A stretch of DNA of 64,000 nucleotides from Elusimicrobiota bacterium (GTDB lineage Bacteria; Elusimicrobiota; Elusimicrobia; F11): contig JBJXGI010000042.1 of the NCBI GenBank assembly GCA_046153645.1, positions 64,001 through 128,000 of the forward strand. Reading direction: 5' to 3'. The position numbers and the translations under genes were made by a program. Positions 10,585-20,349 of this stretch are shown here, piece after piece. The notes under the pieces are model-generated. The model had not been told where the DNA came from. It was given only the letters and a program-made list of their open reading frames with translations, and made no database searches. The stretch's first letter is position 1. Each line of letters opens with the position of its first letter.

Positions 10585-10610
10585 TATTCCGGGATTCCCG
10601 GTATATTGAC
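10558..10610. repeat. Twin palindromes with core CCGGGAWTCCCGG (putative operators)
   Basis: ATACCGGGA-A-TCCCGGTAT (10558-10576, perfect) and GTCAATATtCCGGGA-T-TCCCGGtATATTGAC (10580-10610, one mismatched pair); centres 28 bp apart. Confidence 0.85.
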
Positions 10611-10637
10611 CCTCCAAACTTCACTGAGTGTTGTGAG

Positions 10638-11561
10638 TTATTGAGGACTTAAATATTGAGAAGGAATAACTTCTCTGGAATCCATTGAAATAGGCCGCCA
10701 TAACAACTGAACTCTAGAGGGGCCACCATAATTCACGAAATCTATTCGAATGGGAAATTTTCCTTGTTTAAAATCGTTTAAACTAACCACAATGGGTTCA
10801 CGCCAATTAAAATTATTATCAACAATCAGTTTATCATCAATCCAAACTTTAATTCCATCGTCTGCCACGCCAATAATCTCATATTTTCCTGAAGACGGAA
10901 ACGTAATCCACCCCTTCCACCGAGCAGAAAAAATACTTAAGTCGCCGAAGTTTTCAATAGGATAGGCATTTCCCCAATTGAAATCAACAGCTAAATCTTT
11001 CCGGGAATAAATTAAATCTTTGAACTCACTCCCTCTAAAGTACTCGCATATAAGGCCGCGTTTTTCATTTAATTTATTTTGCCTTATCTGCCATATTCCA
11101 ATTCCTATAAATAATACGAAAGCAAACAAAGAAATAAATTTCCAATAAGGATAAACAAAACGATAAAAACCATTTTTAATAAAAGATAAAAACCGGTAAT
11201 AAATTGAAAGCTGTGGGTAAACGCTATAAATACTTTTCTCAATGAGATCTTCCGCTTTTTTAAGCATCTTTAAAAAAATATCGACCTGTTCAACATGAGC
11301 ATTTTCATCATGCCCATTATTGGCCAGAGAATAACTTTCAATTTGATTTAAAATGGTCATTTCTGATAAAAACTTTTCACTCTGAGGAAGGTGTTTAGCA
11401 AGATCTTTCATTGAATTTAAAATAAATGGCTTGGAAAATTCAATCAAATCAAAATTCTCTGAATCAATCAGATTTTTTATCCCTTCGATATTGGATTTAA
11501 GTTTGTTAAATTTCTTAGAAATTTCTTCAATACTCATTTTTCTCTCCATTCGATAACCCAA
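10638..11561 (-). CDS. Single-TM protein with C-terminal PA14 domain
   Basis: VDFNWG, FSARWKG, ADDGIKVWIDD; true start probably 11549 or 11537. Confidence 0.85.
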   Translation of the reverse strand: MGYRMERKMSIEEISKKFNKLKSNIEGIKNLIDSENFDLIEFSKPFILNSMKDLAKHLPQSEKFLSEMTILNQIESYSLANNGHDENAHVEQVDIFLKMLKKAEDLIEKSIYSVYPQLSIYYRFLSFIKNGFYRFVYPYWKFISLFAFVLFIGIGIWQIRQNKLNEKRGLICEYFRGSEFKDLIYSRKDLAVDFNWGNAYPIENFGDLSIFSARWKGWITFPSSGKYEIIGVADDGIKVWIDDKLIVDNNFNWREPIVVSLNDFKQGKFPIRIDFVNYGGPSRVQLLWRPISMDSREVIPSQYLSPQ

Positions 11562-11598
11562 AGTAAATATTCATAGATTGTATTAAATATTATTTCAA

Positions 11599-12855
11599 CT
11601 AGGCCTTTATTAAATCCAGCATAAATTTAATTTGTGACGCACTACCAACAATCATTAAAAGTATGATTGATATCAATAAAAAATTCTTTTTTTCTCTAAA
11701 AAAACTCTGTATTGCTTGCGCGTATAACAAAGCCCATCCTAACCATAACCAAGAAAGGTATCGAAAATCCATAGAACAAGAATAAGGGCTCCGAGCAAGA
11801 TAAAAATAAGTAATGGGCACCACACCAACTAAAACTATTCCAAATAATTGGGTTGTTTTATTTAAGTTAATTTTAGAAACACTCATCAGGCACACCAAAA
11901 ATCTAACAACAAAAACAACCCAGGCCGTGTTTATTAAGAAAAAGGGATAATCGTGTTGGCCAAAAAGAGAACTGGAAAAACGATACAAAAAGTAATTTGT
12001 ACATTTTGAATAATAACCGACAAAATTGAGCGCATATGGATTATCAAATTGGCCACCAATGAGACCAGGAATTGAAAAAATGACTTTAAATGGAGATTCT
12101 TGGAGCCTTAATTCACCTCCTAAAATATCCCAATTAACAGGGAATAATTTACCCGTATAATAATAGTTGTGACCAATAATCCAGGGGAGAAATAGGGTCG
12201 TGGCACTGCCTAAGATAAAAAAATAAGAAAACGCGGTGTTCCAAGGAATCTTCTTTAAAACAGCTGACACTAAAACAATTGAGCTCGAAATCATCATACA
12301 CATAACAATATTTGATTTGGTATAGAGAGCCGCGGTTGTAACAAGGCCCAGCAAAACCAAAATGACTTTCTTTTTAGAATGAGAAAAATAAATATAACTT
12401 AAAAAGAAAAATAACATGCTTAATAATGAAAAAAGTGAATCGTTATTATAAGTAGTAAACATATACAGAAAAGCGGGTGCCGTCGAAATAAACAATAAAA
12501 CCACCATTGCTATCCAAACCTTTATTTTTATAAGCCTCAAAAATAAAATAATAATAATCAAACAAAGAAGCCCGTAGACAACAGAAAGTTTTCGAATATT
12601 TTCTACATGATGACCCCATTTTTTAATAACAAAGCTGTTGATTAAATAATAAAGCGGTGGATGATAGGTTTGCCAGGCTTCATCAGGAGAGGGCAGTCTA
12701 TCTTGATAGGCAATAATGTTTGTGTATTCTACGTGCCCTTCAAAATCATACGTTCTTGCATCATCAGGAGAATATCGGATATACATCAAGGCAAAAAGGA
12801 CCCAAAAAACAAGAAATAAACCAAGTAAAAAAAAATTAGAAATTTTTTTGGTCAA
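11599..12855 (-). CDS. GT-C (PMT/ArnT-like) membrane glycosyltransferase
   Basis: About 11 TMs; YD..GH.EY, YHPPLYY, NND, DFRY. Confidence 0.75.
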   Translation of the reverse strand: MTKKISNFFLLGLFLVFWVLFALMYIRYSPDDARTYDFEGHVEYTNIIAYQDRLPSPDEAWQTYHPPLYYLINSFVIKKWGHHVENIRKLSVVYGLLCLIIIILFLRLIKIKVWIAMVVLLFISTAPAFLYMFTTYNNDSLFSLLSMLFFFLSYIYFSHSKKKVILVLLGLVTTAALYTKSNIVMCMMISSSIVLVSAVLKKIPWNTAFSYFFILGSATTLFLPWIIGHNYYYTGKLFPVNWDILGGELRLQESPFKVIFSIPGLIGGQFDNPYALNFVGYYSKCTNYFLYRFSSSLFGQHDYPFFLINTAWVVFVVRFLVCLMSVSKINLNKTTQLFGIVLVGVVPITYFYLARSPYSCSMDFRYLSWLWLGWALLYAQAIQSFFREKKNFLLISIILLMIVGSASQIKFMLDLIKA

Positions 12856-14366
12856 GTTTTAGGCCTAATTGATTTTGGAACATCTCTTAAACCAGACGAC
12901 TGATTAGAATTCTGTTCAGCTTCTTCTATATATTCCGCGTCTTGATTGACATTCCAAGGGTCAAAAGAGTCAGACCCGGAAATAATATTTTGGACAGTGA
13001 GCATGGCTGTCATCATGGCATGATCTTGATTATTATATTTATGCATCCCATTTCTTCCTACGAAATGTAAATGGGGATAATCACTATCAACTGTTTTTCG
13101 AATTAAATCAACACAATCCTTATAAACATCGTCATAAACGGGGTAGGCTTTGGGTTGTCTGATAACGAATCCATCTTTAATGTCAGCTTCATGGGCTAAT
13201 CCTAATTTTACCAACTCTTGTTGCGCTAATTTAACCAGGTCTTTATCAGGCATTTCCCATAAACCGTCACCTTTAAAGCAAAAATATTCTAACGAATAAC
13301 ACGTCATGTTAGGATCAGGCACCATTTCCGGTGACCACGACTTAAAATTCTGAATTCTGCCCACCTGAACACTAGAATCGTGAATATAAATCCATTGATC
13401 TGGGAGGTTCACTTTATCTTTCAAAATAACGCCGACACAAATAAAATCGCGGTAATGTAATTTACTAGCAGCGCTCATAACGTCTTTATTGGGAACAGGT
13501 GAGAGCGCATGAATAACTTCACCCAAAGGAGCGGATGAAATAACGTGCTCCGCATTTATTTCTTTAACATCTTGTTCTTTAGTAATCCTCACTGTCCATA
13601 AAGAATTAGTTTTATCGAATTGAAAATGTGACGCTTTATAACCCATATAAACCAGGCCGCCCATCTTTTGAATCTTTTCAGAACACACGTCCCACATCAT
13701 CCCCGGGCCTTTTCGAGGATAACGAAACTCGTCTATAAGAGTTTTAATTTTTGTTTTCGATTTTTTAAAAGGGGATAAAGTTCTAAACGAATTTATTATG
13801 GCGCTGCCCAACGACAATTTCCCAATCCGTTGAGCGGCCCAATCAGCGGAAATATCTTTACACTTCATTCCCCACACTTTTTCCGTATAAGTTTTGAAGA
13901 ATATCTGAAAAAGTCTTTTACCAAATTGATTACTCACCCAATCTTCTAGATTGGTTGCATTTTTTACGGGAAACAATTGCGCCCATAAAAAAGATGAGAT
14001 ACATAACATGGTTTCAATGGGGCCCAAATTAAAAAAAGCTTCAAAGGGACGCAACGGGTAGGAGTAAAACTTCCCTTTATAAAAAATACGAGAAACTCTT
14101 TTACGAACAATAAGGTCTTTCTCTAAAAGCTCCGTCCACAAATCTTCCACCGCTTTGGATTTAGAATAAAACCGGTGCCCGCCAATATCACTGTAATACC
14201 CTTTATAATCAATTGTTTTAGAAATACCACCGACGTATTTTTCATCGGTTTCTACCACAATTACGAGTTTTCCTTGTTTTGCCAATAAATAAGCTGCGGT
14301 AAGGCCGGCAGGGCCGGCTCCAATAACGACCACTGATGTTTTTAAATTATTGTTGTTTTCCACCAA
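12852..14366 (-). CDS. FAD-dependent oxidoreductase (HemY/UDP-galactopyranose-mutase-like, glycan-cluster type)
   Basis: VIGAGPAGL, DIGGHRF, YTEKVWG, GRNGMHKYNNQDH. Confidence 0.85.
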   Translation of the reverse strand: MVENNNNLKTSVVVIGAGPAGLTAAYLLAKQGKLVIVVETDEKYVGGISKTIDYKGYYSDIGGHRFYSKSKAVEDLWTELLEKDLIVRKRVSRIFYKGKFYSYPLRPFEAFFNLGPIETMLCISSFLWAQLFPVKNATNLEDWVSNQFGKRLFQIFFKTYTEKVWGMKCKDISADWAAQRIGKLSLGSAIINSFRTLSPFKKSKTKIKTLIDEFRYPRKGPGMMWDVCSEKIQKMGGLVYMGYKASHFQFDKTNSLWTVRITKEQDVKEINAEHVISSAPLGEVIHALSPVPNKDVMSAASKLHYRDFICVGVILKDKVNLPDQWIYIHDSSVQVGRIQNFKSWSPEMVPDPNMTCYSLEYFCFKGDGLWEMPDKDLVKLAQQELVKLGLAHEADIKDGFVIRQPKAYPVYDDVYKDCVDLIRKTVDSDYPHLHFVGRNGMHKYNNQDHAMMTAMLTVQNIISGSDSFDPWNVNQDAEYIEEAEQNSNQSSGLRDVPKSIRPKT

Positions 14367-14440
14367 TAAGCTCCAAATCTACAGACCTTTAAATTTTTAA
14401 TATATACTTGTGCACACAAACCCTTAACCTTTAATAGCAA

Positions 14441-15352
14441 ATGGAAGAAACTAATAATCTCATAAAAAAAGCGACTCTGGTTCTAGATTCCGCTTTTGCA
14501 ATGCTACATCAAGATCCATCGACAGCAAAACTACTTATTTTTAGAACTATCATAATATTAAAAAGAACCTACGAGGGGATAAGAATTGGAACAAATGATG
14601 ATCAGCAATATGAAATCCCAAACACATCAATTATCTATGAAGACTATGTACAAGAATTATTTAAAACTTCCCTTATAGATTTAGAAAAAATTTCCATTTC
14701 AGACAGCACACTGAAGATAACGTTAATTCAAACTAAAGATGAGCTAGAAAAACTCAAAAAAGAATTGGGTTTAAATTCTTTAAAAAAATATAAAAATAAA
14801 ATACTAAAAATTTTTCTTAGTAATTTTTTTCTGAAAAAAATATTACCAACATTAGTTTTTTCTTTCACTTCTTTATTTGTTATAAAAATAGTTTATCATC
14901 ACGTCATTGATAAAAAACATGGACTAACTACAGAATATTTCTCGGACCATAATTTATTATCACGAACGTTCGTAAACCACAATCGGGAAATCGATTTTGA
15001 CTGGGGATATTCTGGTCCTCTGCCTAATGGTCAAGCAGATTTTTTCTCAATTAGATGGGAAAGTTATTTATTCGTCCCAGAAGACAATGAATATAGTTTT
15101 ATAACACTGTCCGATGACGGGGTTCGGCTTTGGATTAATGATTTTTTACTTATTGATGACTGGATAAATCATCCTCCTATTTATAATGAAAATAAAATAC
15201 GCCTCCCAAAGGGATTCCATAAATTTAAGCTAGAATATTATGAGTATGATCTTACAGCAGGTGTAAGAGTCTTTTGGAGACCGCTAACGAGTAAAAAGAA
15301 AGAAATTATCAAACAAAAATTCTTCTATCTCGAAAATCCTATCAAAGGTTAA
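14441..15352 (+). CDS. Single-TM protein with C-terminal PA14 domain (paralog of 10638-11561)
   Basis: IDFDWG, FSIRW, SDDGVRLWIND, KLEYYE. Confidence 0.85.
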   Translation: MEETNNLIKKATLVLDSAFAMLHQDPSTAKLLIFRTIIILKRTYEGIRIGTNDDQQYEIPNTSIIYEDYVQELFKTSLIDLEKISISDSTLKITLIQTKDELEKLKKELGLNSLKKYKNKILKIFLSNFFLKKILPTLVFSFTSLFVIKIVYHHVIDKKHGLTTEYFSDHNLLSRTFVNHNREIDFDWGYSGPLPNGQADFFSIRWESYLFVPEDNEYSFITLSDDGVRLWINDFLLIDDWINHPPIYNENKIRLPKGFHKFKLEYYEYDLTAGVRVFWRPLTSKKKEIIKQKFFYLENPIKG

Positions 15353-15466
15353 ACTTCAATCAATCACCTACAACGCATTAAATTTCAGATTTCTTACCTC
15401 CACAAGTCATTATTACAGTTATTTCCCATCAGTTTTATCACGATTGGAGCCATTCTTAGTTTAGCA

Positions 15467-16774
15467 ATGCCAGCTGGTACCAACTTTGTTTGGGATGAAA
15501 ATGGTCATTGGTCTACGGCCGTGGCTCAGATGAAAAGTTTTCTTAGTGGAATATCTTACCCCGCTGAGTTTTCCTCGATTTATGGCAATTTAGTTGCTTA
15601 TCCTGGCTTTGTTCTAAGCCACCTGGTTATTTGGTTAATCCAACTCATGGATATATCTGTTCCTATCTATGGGACATTTCATCTATATCTAGCACGACTT
15701 CTTTCAGGTTTTGGTATTGCAATTTGCCTACATCGGTTTTGTACTTTAGCAGAAAGTGACCATCAACCAACCTGGGGAATTGTAAGTATTCTCAGTCTAT
15801 TTCTATCACCTTTATTCCTACAACGCTCGTTTGGCTTAAGCACCGATATTATGACTCACGCGCTGTCTATATTAGCTGTATCTGTTATTTTTTTTTGGGA
15901 CCGACTTAATTTTTTTGATGTATTTCTATTTTTTTTCTTTGGATTTGGAACTGCATTAGCGAAACCAAATGTGTTATTACTCTTTTTGAGCGTTTTGGTT
16001 TATTGTCATTTCATTTATAAGCAGGAAGAAATTATATCGACCCATAAACTATTTTTTTTCAATCTAACAAAAGCTCAGCTTTTTTTCTGGGCAGGAACTC
16101 TCATTTTTTTATTATTAGGTATTCAACATAGTATTTATTTTTTTTCGCATCAAAACAATGTCGCTGTTATTGCTGTAAAACCGAATATTTCATCTGCCAG
16201 ACAAATCGATTTTATTCTTAGAGAACCCTTATTTACTCTGAATATTTTTTGGAGGGAATTTATTGAAAATTTCTCAACCCACTATTTTTGGGGGCAGTCA
16301 ATAGAAAAAAAATACCCTGCTGTATATTCATTATTTGCAGTAAATCTATGGCAATCAATTTTCACAACTGCCATGATCTTTGAATTTAGTATGATTTTTT
16401 TTCACATTTCTTTACGAAAAATATATTTCAATTTTCACAATATATTTATAGGACTGCTTTTTCCTTTTGTTGGTATTGTTCTTTATGCTCTTAGCATAAT
16501 GTTAACAGCTTATGTGGGCTGGACACCTGTGGGATATCATTTTGTAACGGGGATTCAGTTCCGATATTTTATTCCCATTTTTATTATTGGGCTCAGTGTC
16601 TTATTTCATTCCTTATCTAAATTGACAAAAAATCCAAATTCTTTGGGAGAAGAAATCTATAATGCATCAATTTCAAACCATTTAATCTCACTAACAATCA
16701 AAGGATTTTGTTTTGTAATTTTGGTTTGTTATGGTCTTTTCTTTTATTTAGGCGTTATTGGTAAACCCGTTTGA
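15467..16774 (+). CDS. DUF2142-like GT-C membrane protein; true start probably upstream
   Basis: WDENGH acidic motif, WTPVG..GIQFRYFIP, many TMs. Confidence 0.7.
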   Translation: MPAGTNFVWDENGHWSTAVAQMKSFLSGISYPAEFSSIYGNLVAYPGFVLSHLVIWLIQLMDISVPIYGTFHLYLARLLSGFGIAICLHRFCTLAESDHQPTWGIVSILSLFLSPLFLQRSFGLSTDIMTHALSILAVSVIFFWDRLNFFDVFLFFFFGFGTALAKPNVLLLFLSVLVYCHFIYKQEEIISTHKLFFFNLTKAQLFFWAGTLIFLLLGIQHSIYFFSHQNNVAVIAVKPNISSARQIDFILREPLFTLNIFWREFIENFSTHYFWGQSIEKKYPAVYSLFAVNLWQSIFTTAMIFEFSMIFFHISLRKIYFNFHNIFIGLLFPFVGIVLYALSIMLTAYVGWTPVGYHFVTGIQFRYFIPIFIIGLSVLFHSLSKLTKNPNSLGEEIYNASISNHLISLTIKGFCFVILVCYGLFFYLGVIGKPV

Positions 16775-17448
16775 GATTCATTCTCAACGATAGCCAGAAG
16801 ATTACTAATTGCTCCTAAAAAATGAAATGTTTTGAATCTAATTTTCCGGTTTCGAAATACTTGTCGATTTATTTCCACAAATTCTTTTAGACTTAGCAAA
16901 TCTAGATGAGATTCGTCAGCCCATCTACTCATTCCAACACATCGGAGAAATAATCTATGAATTTTTTTGGGAAGCCAATGAAAAAAAGGAAGCATCGTAT
17001 GGAACTCCACCCAGTGATATCGATGGGGCGTAATAATAGCTATATATTTTTGAGATGATCTATCTAAAAGCTCTAAATGTTCTTTTTTTTGAATCTCATT
17101 TCCAACATGTTCAATAACTGCAGAAGATATAACTAAATCAAATCTTTCGGAACTGGAAATTCCATTTAAAAATCTATCAAATGGAATCAAATTAAAACCT
17201 AATTTCGAGGCCATTTGTAAACAATTCTCAGGAGATGTCACAGAAACATGACATCCTAAAAGTTTGGCCTGTCTTGAGAAGTAATTTGAATCAACACGTT
17301 CCATATCAGGCGTTGTACCGACTTCTAAAACTGATAAACCAGGATAAATAGGCAAATGCTTGAAAATCTCTTTTCTTAATTTTAAGGAAATACGAGTTTG
17401 CAACCAAACGAAAGGGTGATATTTATAAAAATAATTTATAGGGTTCAT
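16744..17448 (-). CDS. Class I SAM-dependent methyltransferase
   Basis: VLEVG, FDLVISSAVIEHVG, TP.R..VEFHT.LPF. Confidence 0.85.
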   Translation of the reverse strand: MNPINYFYKYHPFVWLQTRISLKLRKEIFKHLPIYPGLSVLEVGTTPDMERVDSNYFSRQAKLLGCHVSVTSPENCLQMASKLGFNLIPFDRFLNGISSSERFDLVISSAVIEHVGNEIQKKEHLELLDRSSQKYIAIITPHRYHWVEFHTMLPFFHWLPKKIHRLFLRCVGMSRWADESHLDLLSLKEFVEINRQVFRNRKIRFKTFHFLGAISNLLAIVENESQTGLPITPK

Positions 17449-18191
17449 CTTTCAAAGGAGTTAGAAGTATCTATTTTCTCCCATACAACCGTAAGATAAT
17501 GATTCTTAAAGCCATTAACAAATGTAGAAAAAATTCTTTTCATTAGAGATCTGGGATTTAATACGTAATAAAGCAATAAATTATCTCTCAAACTCTCCAT
17601 TCTTTTTTCTTTCCTTCCCAGCACTCTTAAAGGACTAAATGACTGTATCTGTAATAACTGATTTATTTCTTGATACCCAACTCTTTTAAAAAGACGGCGA
17701 AATGAATCCTGGGTAAAATCATGTAAATGGAAAGGAATAGCATCCATTGTCGGAGTTACAGGAACAGAATTAATCCACTTCCCACCAGGGCGAAGCATGA
17801 GGGAAATATTTGAAATAAATTTTTCTATATCAGGAAGATGTTCAATTGTTTCGAGTGAGACAATAGTGTCAAATCCTTCAGCATCGGAAAACTCGTAAGC
17901 GTCTTTAAGAACATAAATAATTTTTGGATTGGAATATTTTTTTTTCGCATAATCTATGGCAAACTCACTAATATCACAACCAATGATCTGCGATATTTTT
18001 TCCTCGCCATTTTTTAATAGAAAATGAGTACCATAACCAACACCACAAGCAATATCAAGAACACGGCCAGGCTTAATATTGTCTAAGGCAAATCTATATC
18101 GATCTAAATGAAGTCGAAGAGTCTCCTCACCTGTGATGTCTCCTTTCACTAAAGCTTCCGGGATTATCCTTTCCATGGAACTATTATTCAT
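17445..18191 (-). CDS. Class I SAM-dependent methyltransferase
   Basis: H..RY.FA, VLDIACGVGYG, FDTIVSLETIEH. Confidence 0.9.
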   Translation of the reverse strand: MNNSSMERIIPEALVKGDITGEETLRLHLDRYRFALDNIKPGRVLDIACGVGYGTHFLLKNGEEKISQIIGCDISEFAIDYAKKKYSNPKIIYVLKDAYEFSDAEGFDTIVSLETIEHLPDIEKFISNISLMLRPGGKWINSVPVTPTMDAIPFHLHDFTQDSFRRLFKRVGYQEINQLLQIQSFSPLRVLGRKEKRMESLRDNLLLYYVLNPRSLMKRIFSTFVNGFKNHYLTVVWEKIDTSNSFER

Positions 18192-18198
18192 TAAATCC

Positions 18199-19365
18199 TC
18201 ACTCAGATTTATTTATATTTTTTTCTATAGGAGAAAAAAATGGAAAGAGACCCAATCCAACATCCAAACTAAATAGACCCCCGCCCATTACACACCAAAT
18301 CATAGCACGAATAATTTCAGCCAATTTATTTAGTTCCCCAAAGTCCAGTTTCCACCACTGATATATGATTACAGAAATTTGAATTCCAGTCAGAACGAAA
18401 AAAAACATCGCGCAATAGAACATCGCGGCGTTTTCACTATAAACTTTAAATTTTTCTAGTAATTTATTGGGTTTTGTTTCTCTATATCCACTGAGTCGAA
18501 CTAATATAAACGTATTTGTGGAAAGAAATAGTGGAATAGCAAGTCCGATTAGGATGAATGCCAAGTGATAACGTAAATATGAACCTGGGTTCCAATAAGT
18601 TTGAAATGATAAACCAAAAGCAACCGTAAGGCCTAAAATCCCAATTAATGCAGGAGTAAATATAATCATCATAGAAGGAGCATTACTTAAAATATATCGC
18701 AAATGACGCCAACCATCTCTCCATCGTGACAAATGTGGCGCTCGGTTGCGTTGATCTTTATGAAATTCAATGGGAACTTCGTGGTAACGCAACTTCAATT
18801 GAGCCGATCGAACCAACATTTCAGAGGCATATTCCATGCCAGGACAGCTTAAATTTAGGGTTAAATATGAAGATCTACGCAAAGCTCTCATACCGCTATT
18901 ACAATCGCTAATTTTTAATTTGTAAAAAAATCGAATTAGAAAAGATAAGAGGGGCGTTCCAAAATATCGGTTTAAAAGTGGCATGGCATTTTTTTGGATT
19001 GTTCCCTTAAGACGAGATCCCAAAACAAAATCGGCTCGATTTTCTTTAATTGGCTCAATCAATTCTTTAATATGTTGAAATGGATAGGATAAATCTGCAT
19101 CCCCGAATAAAATAATGTCAGATTGCGCTGACAAAATACCTTGATGGAGGGCACTGCCATAACCTCGGACTGAAACAGGTACAACTCGAGCGCCAGCTTG
19201 TAAGGCTAATTCCTGACTACCGTCCGTTGATCCATTATCAGCAACCAAAATCTCACCCTGAATATGACTAACAGAAAAACTTTTTTTCACATCTTCAATA
19301 CATTGTTTGATGGTAACTGCTTCATTTAAACAGGGAATAATAACGGTGACTAATGGTTTACCCAT
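18199..19365 (-). CDS. GT2 glycosyltransferase (polyprenol-phosphate sugar synthase, DPM1-like) with C-terminal TMs
   Basis: IIPCLNEA, ADNGSTDGS, GYGSAL, GDAD, GMEYASEM, WRDGWRHL. Confidence 0.92.
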   Translation of the reverse strand: MGKPLVTVIIPCLNEAVTIKQCIEDVKKSFSVSHIQGEILVADNGSTDGSQELALQAGARVVPVSVRGYGSALHQGILSAQSDIILFGDADLSYPFQHIKELIEPIKENRADFVLGSRLKGTIQKNAMPLLNRYFGTPLLSFLIRFFYKLKISDCNSGMRALRRSSYLTLNLSCPGMEYASEMLVRSAQLKLRYHEVPIEFHKDQRNRAPHLSRWRDGWRHLRYILSNAPSMMIIFTPALIGILGLTVAFGLSFQTYWNPGSYLRYHLAFILIGLAIPLFLSTNTFILVRLSGYRETKPNKLLEKFKVYSENAAMFYCAMFFFVLTGIQISVIIYQWWKLDFGELNKLAEIIRAMIWCVMGGGLFSLDVGLGLFPFFSPIEKNINKSE

Positions 19366-19384
19366 ATTTTTTAGATATTCAAGG

Positions 19385-19690
19385 CTAAAACCCAGGCAAC
19401 TTAATATTCATCTGTTTCATCATTTCCATGGCTTGTTCGGCGGATTTTTTGGTGAGTTCTTCAGCGGTATTTGAGATGATATTTTTTAGTTCTTCTTCGA
19501 GTAATGTTTTATTGGAAGCTTGTAAGAGAACAGGATCGATTTCCAATTGCTCCACTTTAAAGGCTCCGTTCATTGTTAATTTAATTTTCCCATCCAAGGC
19601 CGTCTTTTCAATTTTATTTTCTTCCTGCATTTTTTGCATTTGGCGGGCTTGTTTTTGCATATCGTAGAGCTGTTTCATTTTGTCGAACAT
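19385..19690 (-). CDS. YbaB/EbfC-family nucleoid-associated protein
   Basis: M/Q-rich N-terminal helix, G.IKLTMNG...V..LEIDP, ends LPGF; SD AGAGG. Confidence 0.8.
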   Translation of the reverse strand: MFDKMKQLYDMQKQARQMQKMQEENKIEKTALDGKIKLTMNGAFKVEQLEIDPVLLQASNKTLLEEELKNIISNTAEELTKKSAEQAMEMMKQMNIKLPGF

Positions 19691-19873
19691 AAAAAACCTC
19701 TTAATTTTTAAGTAGAAACTTCATTTTAATTTTCAACGTTATATCTATCTTATAAATAAAACCAAAGAACAGCGATAATACAATCCGTTAATTGTTTAAT
19801 ATATTACCTTGATTTAATAAAGGGCCAGATATTTTTAACTGTTAGACACATGGTTTGTTCCGGCAAATGAAAC

Positions 19874-20341
19874 CTATTTCAAATTCCAAAGTTTTTTGAA
19901 TTCTTCGTTGATTTGATCAGTCTCCGTTTTATCCAACTTTTCGCGTTTTCTATCAGACTTGACTTTTTGGCCCAACATCAAAAAATCTTCGCAAGAAATA
20001 ACCCGTGCCTTCGCCATTTTGACCCACTTCTGGATGGTTTTATCGTTGGTCACAACAATCGCATCAGAAGGGTTTGACATGGAATCAACCAAATCCTTTA
20101 TGACATCATCCGCCTCTTTACCAAATGAAAACTTAACCTCTACAAAACCAGAGTCCAACCCCTGCATGGGAAAAGGCCTCCCATCAAAAACAGCGATCAC
20201 TCGATTTCTTGTACTTCCACTGGGCTTATTAATATTAAGGAATGAAAAAAATAGATTTTTTTGTGAATTGATGGGTCCCTCCCCAAATAATGAGGTGGAA
20301 TGAATAACATTAAACGCATCAATAATATAAATCACAGCCAT
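19874..20341 (-). CDS. YacP-like NYN-domain (PIN-fold) ribonuclease
   Basis: YIIDAFNVI, VFDG, EADDVI, VVTND. Confidence 0.85.
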   Translation of the reverse strand: MAVIYIIDAFNVIHSTSLFGEGPINSQKNLFFSFLNINKPSGSTRNRVIAVFDGRPFPMQGLDSGFVEVKFSFGKEADDVIKDLVDSMSNPSDAIVVTNDKTIQKWVKMAKARVISCEDFLMLGQKVKSDRKREKLDKTETDQINEEFKKLWNLK

Positions 20342-20349
20342 AAGTATTT

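Noticed and set aside
10549..10617. 23-aa N-terminal extension of the kinase ORF
   Set aside because: This stretch is the promoter and palindrome region.
12827..12835. A9/T9 tracts in glycosyltransferase genes (also near 15888) as contingency loci
   Set aside because: Such runs are frequent in this AT-rich DNA and the frames are intact.
9154..19365. tRNA-anchored integrative island
   Set aside because: No integrase and no duplicated tRNA 3' end were seen, and most accessory genes lie on the 5' side of the tRNA.
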